NCBI RefSeq assembly: GCF_032062105.1
Contig: NW_026931870.1
Location: forward strand, 62,001 to 126,000
DNA: 64,000 nt
Source: Saccostrea cucullata
Taxonomy: Eukaryota
Direction: 5' to 3'
Shown: positions 35,834-48,800 of the stretch, in pieces
How positions within the stretch are numbered: the stretch's first letter is position 1
How the letters are laid out: each line of letters begins with the position of its first letter
Translations under genes and position numbers: made by a program
The notes under the pieces: model-generated
Told to the model about the DNA's origin: nothing
Database searches by the model: none
The model's input: only the letters and a program-made list of their open reading frames with translations

Positions 35834-37269
35834 TATACTGTCTCCTATGTATGAAGACGGGAATGTCAACATTTAATGGAAAATAATTGTTGCGTCTCTA
35901 TGCAACCGGAAAATTCTGCGCAGCATTGAATATTTTTCATTTAGATGTACTTAAAAAAGACGATCAAATTCCTCAAGATTACATGGATTCTTAGCCTATT
36001 GTAAACTAAATTATTTTTTAACAGGGGAGAGCTACATATCGGGCTCATACAATGATACATGACACCTCATGTGACACTGTTGTATCAAATTCTTTGAGTT
36101 TTGCATAATGATCCCAAAATATATCACTTGTATCTATCCATTTACATGTATAATAGTACTTGTTTGGAGTATATTTATTTCCGATTTGGTCAAGTTTCGT
36201 GCATACTTCACCCACAGGGATTTCTTTGATTGAGGGATTGTGTTTTGTTAGTTTTATCAGTTTTAAAATATAATTCTTATTTTCAGATTGACAGTGGGTT
36301 TGCTTATGCCTACACACTTCTAGGTCCTGAGTATGTTTTTACTGAGGAGTTGGACAAAGCTATGTCATAAATGCATTTTTAAGCTAAATTGTAGACACTA
36401 AAAACTATATACAGTGTATCTGCAAAAAATATAACTTCAACTTTGTTTTTAAAATATGACCTTCCCGTATTTATCATAAGACAAAAAATATCTGAAATGA
36501 ATTGTATTAGTTAGAAGACATCTTTAAGTGTATAAACAGTCCAGTCTTTCATGTTATGATAACATTTTAAAACACTTGTCCTCATTATTTACTACATGTA
36601 TACAACTACAAGTTTGCAATTTTAAATCTTAACATTAATCGAAGAGTTTGCATACTGTTCCCTGACATCGTCTTGAATTTATCATTTTGGATAGCATGTT
36701 AATAAATAATGCTTCTAGCCAAATGTCCGAGATTTATAATTTTAGGCAGTGGTCAAGAGCTTGCATTTAAATTCTTATGCTGAAATTATATAAATGAATG
36801 CAAAAGAACTATATCGCGCGCCTTTGAGCTTGCGTGTTCTTGTACAATAGTGGTTTCGTGGAGGGGAAGGTGGCAGAATCACGCAATTACAAGCATTAAT
36901 TTAGAAAGTGGCAGTTGAAATCAGATTTCAAATTTGCAATGTCTGCGAAATATGTTGGTCTGTTTCCTGAAATTTTGAATAAAATAAATGTTGTTTAATT
37001 TAACCAATCTTCTTGGTGAAAGAGCAATAAATAAATCTGTGGTGATTCTTATTTAAAAGGACCCGTAGGAACCGCCCTCAATAATTTTGCCGATATATAG
37101 AATACTGGAAAACATAGCTATAATATGCTTATGTCCGCTCAATAAAAAAAGTCTGATGACTTTTTTTTGCTTGTCAAGAAATTTTTGGTATGTATGGCTG
37201 GCACGGTTCCCCGCCCCCCCCCCCCCCACCCAAAATGCCATTGCTTCCTACGGCCCTGTGACTTAACGG

Positions 37270-38810
37270 TTTACCTTACTATAACAGTACAGGTTAAAGG
37301 TTCACTTTAATACTAGAACAGTACAAGTTACAGATTAACTTTATAACTAGAAAAGTACAAGTTACAGGTTCACCATAATAAAAAGGAGTACAAGTTCGTG
37401 ATAATGCTTACACAGTTCAAGTTACAGGTTCATTATATAATTTGAAAGTACAGGTTACACTGGTTCACCATAATACTAAAAGAGTACAAGTTACAAGTTA
37501 GTGATAATACATGAAGAGTACAAGTTGCATTAATTATAATACTAACACAGTACAAGTTTCAGGTTCAACAGGCACGTAGCAACGGGGAGGGGGGGGGGCT
37601 GCCCCCCTTTTTCCCCAACCTTACTTATACATGTACTATACGAAATGTTCATTGAAAGGCTGGTTGCCCCCCTCCCCCAACTATTAGTGATGTATGGAAA
37701 ATGTAGTATAATAATTGGTACTGAAAGTAGTTGGCATTGAAAAAAAGTTGGCCTTCACACACACACACACCATCCACCTCCCACGAAATAGGATTATCGA
37801 CTTTGGGCAACTTTTCTTTTTTCCTTTTTTTTTTTTTTTGCTTGTCAACTTTTTCAGGTAAGTAAATAAAAAAAATTCTCTGGCTGGCCCCGTACTTTCA
37901 AAAACGATACTATGTGGCTGTTCATGATAATGCTACTTGAGTACAAGTTACAGGTTCACCTAACTTAAACAGTACAAGTTACAGGTTCACCATAATACTA
38001 TAACAATGCTAGTTACAGGTACACCTTAATACTTAAAAAGAACAGGTTACATGTTCACCAAAGTATAAACAGAAAACAGTACAAGTTACATATTCACTAT
38101 AGAACTAGATCAGTACAAGTTACAAGCTCGTGATAATACTTAAACACTACTAGTTACAGGTTCACCATAATGCGAGATCATCACAGGTTACAGATTCACA
38201 ATAATGCTAGAACAGTACAAGTTACAGATTCACTATAATGCTAGAACAGTACACGTTACAGGTTCACTATTATGCTAGAGCAGTACAAGTTACAGGTTCA
38301 CATTACTAAAACAGTACAAGTTACAGGTTCTTATAGCTAAAACAGTACAAGTTACAGGTTCATTATAGTGCTAGATTGGTACAAGTTACAGATTCACTAT
38401 AATTCTAAAACAGTACAAGTTAAAGATTCATCAAAATACTAGAACAGTACAGGTTACAGGTTCACTATTATGCTAGAACGGTACACGTTACAGGTTCACT
38501 ATAATGCTAGAACAGTACACGTTACAGGTTCACTATAATGCTAGAAAAGTACACGTTACAGGTTCACTATTATGCTAGAACAGTACACGTTACAGGTTCA
38601 CTATAGTGCTAGATTAGCACAAGTTATAGATTCACTATAATTCTAGAACAGTACAAGTTACAGGGTTCATCAAAATACTAGATCAGTACAAGTTACAGTT
38701 TCACTAAAAATGCTAGATCAGTCCAAGTTACAGATTCACTATGATGCTAAAACAGTAAAAATTACAGGTTCACATTACTAAAACAGTACAAGTTACAGGT
38801 TCATCGTAAT
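37270..38810. repeat. Minisatellite of about 34-bp units (AGAACAGTACAAGTTACAGGTTCACTATAATGCT), interrupted by a MITE
   Basis: Seen directly; units are most homogeneous at 38200-38650. Confidence 0.92.
37569..37920. mobile_element. CAG..CTG-ended MITE inserted in the minisatellite
   Basis: CAGGCACGTAGCA / TACTATGTGGCTG imperfect TIR, G- and C-runs, flanks TTCAA/TTCAT. Confidence 0.6.
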
Positions 38811-39140
38811 GATAAGGATCATGCAACCTCGCCAAATTCTTCAACAAATGCTAAAGGATAGATTCAAAATTTTGGGTTCAAATGTAAACAGATAACAAGC
38901 TTTCAAAATATGGAATTCTTTATACGACAGTAAACTGCTTACAGCCAGCACTACTAGCAAATTAAATTAAAAACAAAAAGTTTTGTTTATTGTCAATTAT
39001 ACTATGTGCTGACATATTTTGTTTGCTCTGTCATTTATTCATTAATAAATGACCATTCAAATTCCAACCCTGCGTTTTCATTTTTGTCAAACCACAGGAG
39101 TCTGTGTGTTTTTTTAGTTGAGGGTGGGGAATTTTTTTCC

Positions 39141-39176
<36 letters not shown>

Positions 39177-39924
39177 GATGATAAAAACTTCAGACTCCTG
39201 TGGTCCAAAAGAGCACTGCCATATCAGGTATCCATAAAGTTTTTTAATGATTTTTATGGAAATAAACATATCTAATTCTTCAAATTTGTTTTTCCACATT
39301 TAAACTAATATTTTTCTTTCTATGTAATACCTTTGAGATTGTAAATGGAAGGTAGAGCATCAATCTTAAGTCTGTTGATGTTTTTTGGTGTAATATTTCA
39401 AGGCTCTTGAAACAATTTTAGCAAAATCAAGTATGTATAATATAATTTTGCTAAAACTGTTTCAAGATTTTCAAGGATTTTGACGACCAAAAATGACAGA
39501 TTGAATGGACAGAAATATAGGAATATCTTAGCTCTTGCCCACTTGGTATTTTAGTTTCTTAACAAATTCGTAAATATGATGGGAATGGGGAAAATCTTTT
39601 CAAATCTTCTCAAAACCACGTAGCCAGGAAGATTTAAAGTTCGAAGTTTACAAAGGAATATGTAAGAAAAAATCGATTTTCTTTTTAATAGAAAAGCTGT
39701 GATTAGTAATAGTAATGTAGTGGGGTATATTCAATTTTGTTGAAACCATGACCCTCAGATTAGGGTGAGAACTTTCTTACAAAAGAGGATACAGAAAAAT
39801 AATCTGCTGTTGAAGAATAGCTGGACCATAGTATTGGCCAAGGTGCCATGAACCTCGAACTTCTTTTTACCATTAACATCTTAACAGCAGAAACTGAAAG
39901 CATGTTTCATAGTCCTTTTAGCAA

Positions 39925-40190
39925 ATGACAAGGAGCACACTGCAGATGTGACATACACGGTACTGGTCAGCCATCCTCGCAAGCCAGAGATCCTTAGTCA
40001 AAACATTGCTGTTGGATGTGTTGATGCAGGACCCTGGCTTGCTAGGATTCCAGTCAGCATGGGATGTTCACTCCTCCATGGCACCTGATCCCACCTCTGA
40101 TGTTTTTGGAGTTTCATGTTTGCTCTGCTTCTTTTTTTTTGTCATTGAAATTGACTTTGAGCTTGAATAATATTCTTTTCACCATATTTC
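39925..40190 (+). mobile_element. Naiad-like 3' end with hairpin micro-MITE (39971-40049) inserted
   Basis: GACAAGGAGCACAC..., then CTCCTCCATGGCACCTGATCCCACCTCTG. The insert CATCCTCGCAAGCCAG..CTGGCTTGCTAGGAT is flanked by CTGGTCAGC/CCAGTCAGC. Confidence 0.75.
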
Positions 40191-41255
40191 ATTTAAGTAC
40201 ATAATCACAAATTCACACATTATGTATTTTGGCAAAGAAAAAAATACATTTTTTTTAAAATTTGATCATTTTTGTATATCTTTATATGGAGCTCTTATTT
40301 TAAAGGAGATCGAAATATTCTGAAAATGGCTACAGAGTACATGATTCACAAAAGTAGGGTACACTAAATTTCAAAAAGCTCCTAAAGAGGCAAAAAGAGG
40401 ATCAAATTGAAGGGAAAAAAACCTTCCAAAATTGGTTCTTTGCTTTATTAAAAAAAAAATCAAAATGCATTGTCTGAATAAAATTTATTATAAAATATAA
40501 TGCATGTACATATGTATCATAAAAGTAAAAAATCATGTATCATATATACATTAATGATGATTCTAAAAAGTCATGAGTTATCTAACCTGATACATATTCT
40601 ACACTCTCACTCCCTTAACAATTATACAATATGTTAGAATAATCATGGAATGGACAGATGGAATCAATGATTAAAATATATACAATTAAAGATGATGTAA
40701 TGTACAAATGAAATGTTCATAATGATATTGCATATAGATTACATGTTCAAATCCTCAGAGTGATATACACATAATACTTATCTACACTCTCATACCTAAT
40801 TCATGATTTATATCACAAATCACAATGGCACATTCATCCTTGCTCCTTGACAAAACAGTTTTTTTTTCTCAAATAGGAATATAAGCTTTGTATATATTCT
40901 GCTAGTTTAAAATTCAGCCTGATTATTAGTGAAGGTAATCAAAAAAGACCATTCAGAAAAAAACCACTAGAGATGTTTGTAATAATGATGAAAAGATGTA
41001 AATTCTGTAATAAAAGCTACTCGTTCTGAAAGATCAAATTATTTTTATCAAACTGTTAAAATACATCAGAAATGCTTCATTGCTTGCCATTCCAATTTTT
41101 TTTTTTTATCAAACTATTAAAAAACGAAAAAGAAATTCTTTGTGTTGAAATGTAGTTGTCATAACAATGCAGTAAAAGTCAATGTTGAGTCTATCACATC
41201 TTCTAGGGTTGCTGTGTAAAATTGAATGCTGGGTAACTTGGTTTTGTTGCCACGG

Positions 41256-43611
41256 TTACCTGTAGAGATGGTACAGTGCTTGGGAAATCAGGACAATGGA
41301 TAACAGGACAAAACTCAGCTGATTGTGACTTCCTCCCAACTAAAACAAAATCACAACAAAATCAAACACATGTATTACATTATGTACAAATTATTTTTAT
41401 GGTGTCTGGATAGGACTTCATTTATTTTCAAAAGCTCAACAGCATGTTTTGAATAACACACCATCATGCCATCATCATGCAACACACCATCACCTTAATA
41501 TGCTTACAAACAACACACAGTTGCACTCACATAACTTCACAAAACTCCAAGTTGCTAAAATACAATTTCGCTAAACTTGCCTTCACGCTGACATTCTTTC
41601 AAGAAACACGATGTCACACTAATATAAAACACCCCATCATGCTAACACAATTATACAAAACCATCATTGTGCTTATACAAAAATCACTGTTGTGCTAAAT
41701 TAGGCTAACATAAGATGGTACAGTGCTTGGGAAATAGGCTAACATAACCTTCCACAACACACTATCATGCTGTCACACAACTCACAAACACAACTTTACA
41801 CATGTTTGAGTTAAAGCCATGGCATGTTCTTCGATCTTGTGTTAGCGTGACAGAGTGTTGTTCAATGTTGTGAAAGCAAGATAGCCAGTTGTGTGTTAAC
41901 AGAACTATGTGTTCATTATGTTGTGTATAAGCATGTTTTGTGCCAACTTGTTTTAATTTGTGTGACAGCATGTTGTGATAGTGTGATGGCAAGCTGTGTG
42001 TTAGCACGACGGTGTGTTGTGCAAACTTGTGCTACCGTGATGGCTCAGTGGTGTTTTAGTGCGATGGTGTGTTGGGTGTTAGCATGACAGCATGTTTTTT
42101 TGAATGCACTGTTCAGCCTTTGCAAATGCCCAGGTCTTATTTGGACACCATATATTTTGATTTTAATGCCATATAAATGCTTTTCACAACTCTGAGACTC
42201 AAATATCGCTGAAACTTAAACAAAGTTAAAGTCACTATATTCAAGTTAGGTAGCTTGAATTAAATGAATTAAAGGTTATTAAAGAAAGTAACACTTACTG
42301 GTCACCCTGACAACACATACCGTTGCATAGTAATTACATCTGTCTCCTTGACAACACTCGACACAGTCCCAGTCTCGATACCAGTCCCTCATACATCGGA
42401 ATCCCTTGGCCTGGGCCTCAGCGTCACAGCGAGCCTTTGTCTCACAAGATTTAGAGATGTTATGATACCTCTCACTGACTCTCTGCCAAAACTTAGGCTC
42501 TGATTTAAAAAACCATTATTAAACTCTATACTATGGATAGAAATTTTACAATGCAAATTAACAAATACATGAACTGAATTTCTGATAATTGTTGAATTTT
42601 GTGTCAACTAATATATTTACTTTGTACATGCTGTAGGTGTAATAATTCAGTGAATTATTTACTTTACACTTTTATTTGGTATGAAAACAAGCTTTTTTAG
42701 ATTAAAATGCCTTATGTAAGTAGAATTCAAACTGCACTCATGACCTGTTTATTTTTGCCAATAGAATGAGATACCAAATACCATATGCCCAAGAAAGTGA
42801 ATATTACATCTCTTCTCTGATCCAGATACTTGGAATTTAAAAAAACAAATTTTTCCTTTTTAATTTACACTTACGCTGCCATCGTATTTGTGTTTTGCAG
42901 GCATCCTGTTCTTTCTCACACTGAATGGTGGTTTTTATACATTTGTCTTTATTTGTCCTCTGCCCTAGACATACATAGCATTCCAAAGCAAAACCTGCAA
43001 CAGAAAAACAGCAATTATTTTGGTCAACTAATATAATGATATAGGTGTAATAATTCAGTCAGTTATTTACTTAACACTTTTACAAGGTATGAAAACAAAC
43101 TTTTTCATTTCGCCTTATTGAAGTAATTCTGCACTCATGTGATGCAAATCTCTGGTATTTGTGTTTTACAGGCATCCTGTTCTTTCTCACACTGAATGGT
43201 GGTTTTTATACATTTTTCATAAGTGACTGTAAATATTTATTCAAATAAATATTTTTCATAAGTTTCAAATATTTTTCTTTAATATTTTAATAATAACTTA
43301 CGTAAAATATAATTTATACACAAATCTGATTAATATAGTTTAAATTTAGAGAATTCTTGAAAAGAATAAGTGTCTTTTTAAAAGTCAGTCTGGCACCTTT
43401 TTCAGAAAATCTAAATAAAATATTCTTTCATATTTACTTGTTTTTTAAAATTTGTTTTTATGAGTCAGTCACTTCCGCCATTGACCAAATAAATTTTTAG
43501 ACCTAGCATATTTAACGATTATCAAAGCTTTCAGAACTAAACTAACAGAAATTGTTACTTACACGAACATATTAATCCTAAAAGCCCCAGAAGGACGATC
43601 GTGCTCTTCAT
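41256..43611 (-). CDS. GPI-anchored Ly6/uPAR (three-finger) domain protein, 143 aa; exons 43611-43563, 42994-42875, 42499-42321, 41339-41256
   Basis: Signal peptide MKSTIVLLGLLGLICSCFA, then LECYVC..KDKC..QC..DAC..ISKSC..RC..RC..DCVECCQGDRCN, then hydrophobic tail LSFVLLSIVLISQALYHLYR*. All junctions are GT-AG and in phase. Missed by the ORF track. Confidence 0.92.
41398..42152. mobile_element. Foldback-type MITE in Ly6 intron 3
   Basis: TATGGTGTC.. / ..GACACCATA ends; the CA-rich left half mirrors the TG-rich right half. Confidence 0.65.
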
Positions 43612-44975
43612 TTTATATCTTTTATAATAAATCTACCTGTACACATTCATTGAATTTTTACTACACAGGTAAAGCGGAAATTATACATAGATAAAATGCC
43701 GAACCCATTGTCGGCGGAATTTTAAATTCCGGAATATAATCGACCTACATTTATTTCATGTGATCCCGTATAAATGAAATAATTGTCAAGAACCAATGAA
43801 TTCATGACAGAGTCATGAAACAATTTGAAACATAAAATATTGATGAGTACAATCAAACTGTAAAATATAATACCAAACAACCATTTATAAACTTATTGAT
43901 AAAATTGTTTGCAGTCAAAATGTAAAAGGAAATGGCTGTAGAGAATGGTCCTCACAAACTTATATATATATATATATATACGTAGTCTAATATTTTAAAA
44001 TAATTAAACAACTTTTGATGTAAAATTGTGTCCAAGTTCAAATTTAAAGCTACAAATGATATAGATTTGATTTCTTCATAAAACTCATTGTTTCATCAAA
44101 AGGTGCGAGTAATTGTTTAAAAAACTTTATTAAAACATCATCAATGGAAATGAGGGGATTGCATGGATATGATGATTAAGAGGAGTGTGAGCATACCAAA
44201 CCAGATTATACAAAATGTTATGCGTTCCTTTTTGGAAATCAACCAATGAGAGACGAGAATACAAATAAAATTAAATTATAAACTTATAATATTGATAAAA
44301 TCGTTTGCAGTCAAAATGAAAAAGGTAATGACTGTAGCGAATGGTCCTCACAAACTTAGAGTCTAATATATTTACGTTTCTAATTTCATTGTCCAAGATA
44401 AAGCAACAAATGATATAGATTTGATTTCTTCATAAAACTCTTGTTTAATCAAAAGGTGCCATTTAAAAAAATCATCAATTGACTTAATGAAATATTGTAT
44501 CTTGTCATGACCGGGAAAACTGACAAAGTGTGTAAATAATGGCCTTTAGTCGACCTAGAATTTACCAAATAATGATTTAAAAAAAAACAAGAGCTGCTAT
44601 CTTGTTCCATCAACTTGTTTGTTAATAAGTAACTTACCCCGGCCGTTTTAGAAAGTGCTTATACGTAGAGCATGCTCTTTTGTAAAGAATTAGATACAAC
44701 TCAACACAAGGAAATAATCAATAACAATAAGAACTGTTAATTTTTAATTTAATATATTTAATTGGTAGACACATAATATACAGAACAAGGCATTAGAACA
44801 ATTTCAACGAAAATAAAAAATGATAGATATATAAAACTAAAAACTATTTTGATCTATGTTGTAACAATTTTTCAGAAATGGGGCGGAAGGTATGTACAGA
44901 TGACGACAAAATGTTTTGTGCCATTCAGCACTGACGAAGTTAGGCCTATTTGATGGCAGACCCCGACTGACTTTT

Positions 44976-46426
44976 CTATAGAGGCATTCCAGCAGCCGGA
45001 GACGAGGCGGAGGGCAGGCTAAGTCCGGCAGGATAAGCATAGGACTGAGTGTCATCAAAACCGTACAAAATTAAACCGAACTTCACACTGGGATCCTGGT
45101 GTGTCACCTGGTGCTGTCCCGCACTCACTTCCGCTGAAATGATGAGGTATATGACGTCATTGATGAGCAGAACGTCCACGCCCTCTATTTTTGAGTAAAT
45201 CTTGTTCCCGTCCAGTCTGATCCCATTCTCGTCTTGACTTTTGACAATGATAACAATATAATGGGTCAGGTTAGCTTTGGTCGGGGTGAGGAATTTATAA
45301 TTGTTTGAGTATTGGTCCAGAGAGGGTATAAACAACATAAAGGGACTAATGGTAAGAGGTGAGGCCGTCACAATGACGGGTTCAGTGCTGGAGCCGTGGT
45401 AAGGGTTGGCAGCACCAGCCGTGATCCGGGAACCTCCTCGCCTTTGTAAATTACTGGAAAGATTGACGTTTTTGCCCTTTGTCGAGATCACGTTGTCGGC
45501 TCCCAGATTATTATAGTATATGTTGATGTAGGTAGAATTAAACACAGGAGGAGTGATGAAATCGGTGCCGAGGCTGCTGGATGGAGGGATAAATTCAATC
45601 ATCTGGTTAAACTTGGCTCTCCTACTGGACGGAGACGCGTAGTACTGACCCGAGATTACCCCAACAGGTTTGTTAGAGTACACCCGTGTACCAAGCAGGT
45701 AACCGCTGGGGGTTTGCAGCTGCGCAGTTTGTCCCGCCGTCAGATTGAATGTAATGTTTTCTCCCATTCCATAGTAAACTGATTCAAAAGTGACGCCACC
45801 CCAGAATCCCTTTGTGACACTCACTTCCGTGTCGGCTTCCGTTGCTACCACAGCTACCGTGCTGTTGTACTGGGTGGCAGTATAGTACTCCTTACCCCAG
45901 AAATCAACAGGGATAGCCTGAAATCCCTCCCCCGCACAACAGTCGTCACCAGAATGGCCATACACATAGATGGGGAAATCAGATTCAATAATGATTCCTT
46001 TATCCTCTCTCTTGTTCCCATTCAGGACTATTTCTGGAGGAAGTGAGACCACAGCGCCCTCGTTAGCTCTCACCTGCAGCACTCTATCAATACCAGGAAA
46101 ACCGGAGGTCAGTCTCACTTCCGTGTCCTGTAGAGTTGATATCAGAAGTTCTGCCCTGGTCACCGGGCTATTCCCATCCGGAAACATAACCACATACCGC
46201 GTACCTCCATGACCTAAAATGGACATTTTTGAAATGTATATAAAATATATACTTAAAAAAACATTAAAATTCAAAGTTTACAATTATGAGAAATATAAAG
46301 GAAAGGCCCCCTATAAAGAAAAAAAAATCAATTGTCAATAAATCATTAGATACCTGTAGATTGTCCCTTGGTATAAAGCTGGAAAAATTGCACAAATAAC
46401 AAACTGAAAATAATTTTACAATTCAT
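44976..46426 (-). CDS. Secreted IgGFc-binding protein N-terminal-domain protein (FCGBP-like), 436 aa; exons 46426-46354, 46213-44976
   Basis: Signal exon MNCKIIFSLLFVQFFQLYTKGQST|G spliced in phase 1 to a long exon with KGIIIESDFPIYVYG, AIPVDFWGKEYY, GTRVYSNKPVGVISG, EFIPPSSSLGTDF, PSLDQYSNNYKF and FGLILYGF...SYAYPAG. Confidence 0.9.
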
Positions 46427-47744
46427 CTTATAGCGACACTAAATCTTCTGTTCTCGTAAATTTTGGAATAGTCTATGCTTATTTAAGAGATATTCATTAA
46501 ATGCATTTAAGATATGTTAATGATATGCGTCAATATGGCATTTTTAATAAGGCTCATTGTTTTAAGACTTTGTGGATGACTTTTGAAGCGTAGGAAAGTA
46601 GCGGTTTTTCCAGATATAGACCGATGACATATTGCCTGAAGCAAAGAAGTTATCAATCAGTCTATAATCATGATTGGGATTACGAAATTTTCTATTGGCA
46701 AGGTGAAAATATTGCTAAACGCGCACGTTTTTTCTTCGTCAAATGTAACAAGCCAATCAAAATCCACGAAACGATGGTATAAAACAAAGTTGTATGATGA
46801 ATTGTGTGGTTTTTCGGTATAAAGAAGAGAATGATACAGAAATCATGTACTATAATATTTATTGCATAACTTGGTACATCAGCTGATGATTTCTACGTAG
46901 GGAGGCTGGACGGGGGTATAGGCGTGATCCCGGGGGGCGAGGACTCTAAGATCAGTGTATTGTCTACCACTCATATTGGCGTAAGGGTTAGGCGATGTTT
47001 TCCCGCTCATTTCTGTATAGTCCTCACTGAAAAATTAGAGGTACATAACTACATTTGTATATTTAGAATTATTCCATTATCGTGTACACCGAAGTCTTCA
47101 GCAAATATTCCTACACTGAAAACATTTTTTGTAAATGATGGGTTACAAATATTAACATGACTTTATTGGGTTTAAAAGCTAACAGTGTAACAAACTATAT
47201 TTTTTCCTCTGTAAAACTAAAAAAAAAGTGTTTATGAAACACTGCTGCCCCCGTATGGCAGCTTACTAGTATGTCGAGGATTAAAATTTCTCAAATGCAT
47301 GTCAAACTCCAAAGGTCAAGGTCAAAATTGGTACCCTATTTAGAGAAAGGCCTTGTGGAGTCTAAATTAATATTGTTAATTAATTTCCATAAAAAAAGTG
47401 GATATTATATGTTAAAATGGCCTATTCATATGTATAACCATCATGTAAAATCAGATAAAAGATCACCTAATATATGACTGTATCCCTGTATCCAGAAATC
47501 TTTAATCAAATAACATAAGAATTCTTATGTCTCAAGATTGCATATTCTCTATGAAAATTCCAACCCAATTCCAGATTGTCGTCCTAAATCAGCACATTGA
47601 ATCAACACAATATACCCAATATTACAATTGTCTTTTGGCCCTACATCTAAAGTAATAGCCCATTCAATTTCTCCCTAATCCTTTTAACCACTTCTATGTA
47701 CCAGTATGAACCTTTTTGATCTATTCCTGTCCTTGTTGTCCCTT

Positions 47745-48800
47745 ATCTACAGGTAAATAACTCACCTGACCTTTGCGTGCCCCGGTGTCTCTTCTGCTCC
47801 TGTATATACAGGTAAATAACTTACCTGTCCTTAGCGTGTCTCGGTGTCTCTTCTGGTTCTGTATATACAGGTAAATAACTCACCTGTCCTTGGCATGCCC
47901 CGGTGTCTCCTCTGGTCCTGTATCTACAGGTAAATAACTCACCTGTCCTTAGCGTGTCTCGGTGTCTCTTCTGGTCCTGTATATACAGGTAAATAACTCA
48001 CCTGTCCTTGGCATGCCCCGGTGTCTCCTCTGGTCCTGTATCTACAGGTAAATAACTCACCTGTCCTTGGCATTCCCCGGTGTCTCTTCTGGTCCTGTAT
48101 CTACAGGTAAATAACTCACCTGTCCTTAGCGTGTCTCGGTGTCTCTTCTGGTTCTGTATATACAGGTAAATAACTCACCTGTCCTTGGCATGCCCCGGTG
48201 TCTCCTCTGCTCCTGTATCTACAGGTAAATAACTCACCTGTCCTTAGCGTATCTCGGTGTCTCTTCTGGTCCTGTATCTACAGGTAAATAACTCACCTGT
48301 CCTTAGCGTGTCTCGGTGTCTCTTCTGGTCCTGTATCTACAGGTAAATAACTCACCTGTCCTTAGCGTATCTCGGTGTCTCTTCTGGTTCTGTATCTACA
48401 GGTAAATAACTCACCTGTCCTTAGCGTATCTCGGTGTCTCTTCTGGTTCTGTATATACAGGTAAATAACTCACCTGTCCTTGGCATGCCCCGGTGTCTCC
48501 TCTGCTCCTGTATCTACAGGTAAATAACTCACCTGTCCTTAGCGTGCCCTGGTGTCTCTTCTGCTCCTGCATCTACAGGTAAATAACTCACCTGTCCTTA
48601 GCGTGCCCTGGTGTCTCTTCTGCTCCTGTATCTACAGGTAAATAACTCACCTGTCCTTAGCGTATCTCCGTGCCTCTTGTGATCCTATATCTACAGGTAA
48701 ATAACTCACCTGTCCTTGGCGTGCCTCGGTGTCCCTTCTGATCCTGTAACTCACCTGTCCTTAGCGTGTCTGGGTGCCTCTTCTGGTCCTGTATCTGCAA
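47745..48800. repeat. 59-bp minisatellite (about 17-18 units) derived from a 40-nt exon with its splice sites
   Basis: Unit on the minus strand: TTATTTACCTGTAG|ATACAGGACCAGAAGAGACACCGAGACACGCTAAGGACAG|GTGAG. Confidence 0.93.

Noticed and set aside
44976-46274. ORF-track start (MNFNVFLSIY...) for the IgGFc protein
   Set aside because: 46274-46214 is intron; a proper signal-peptide exon at 46426-46354 splices in frame.
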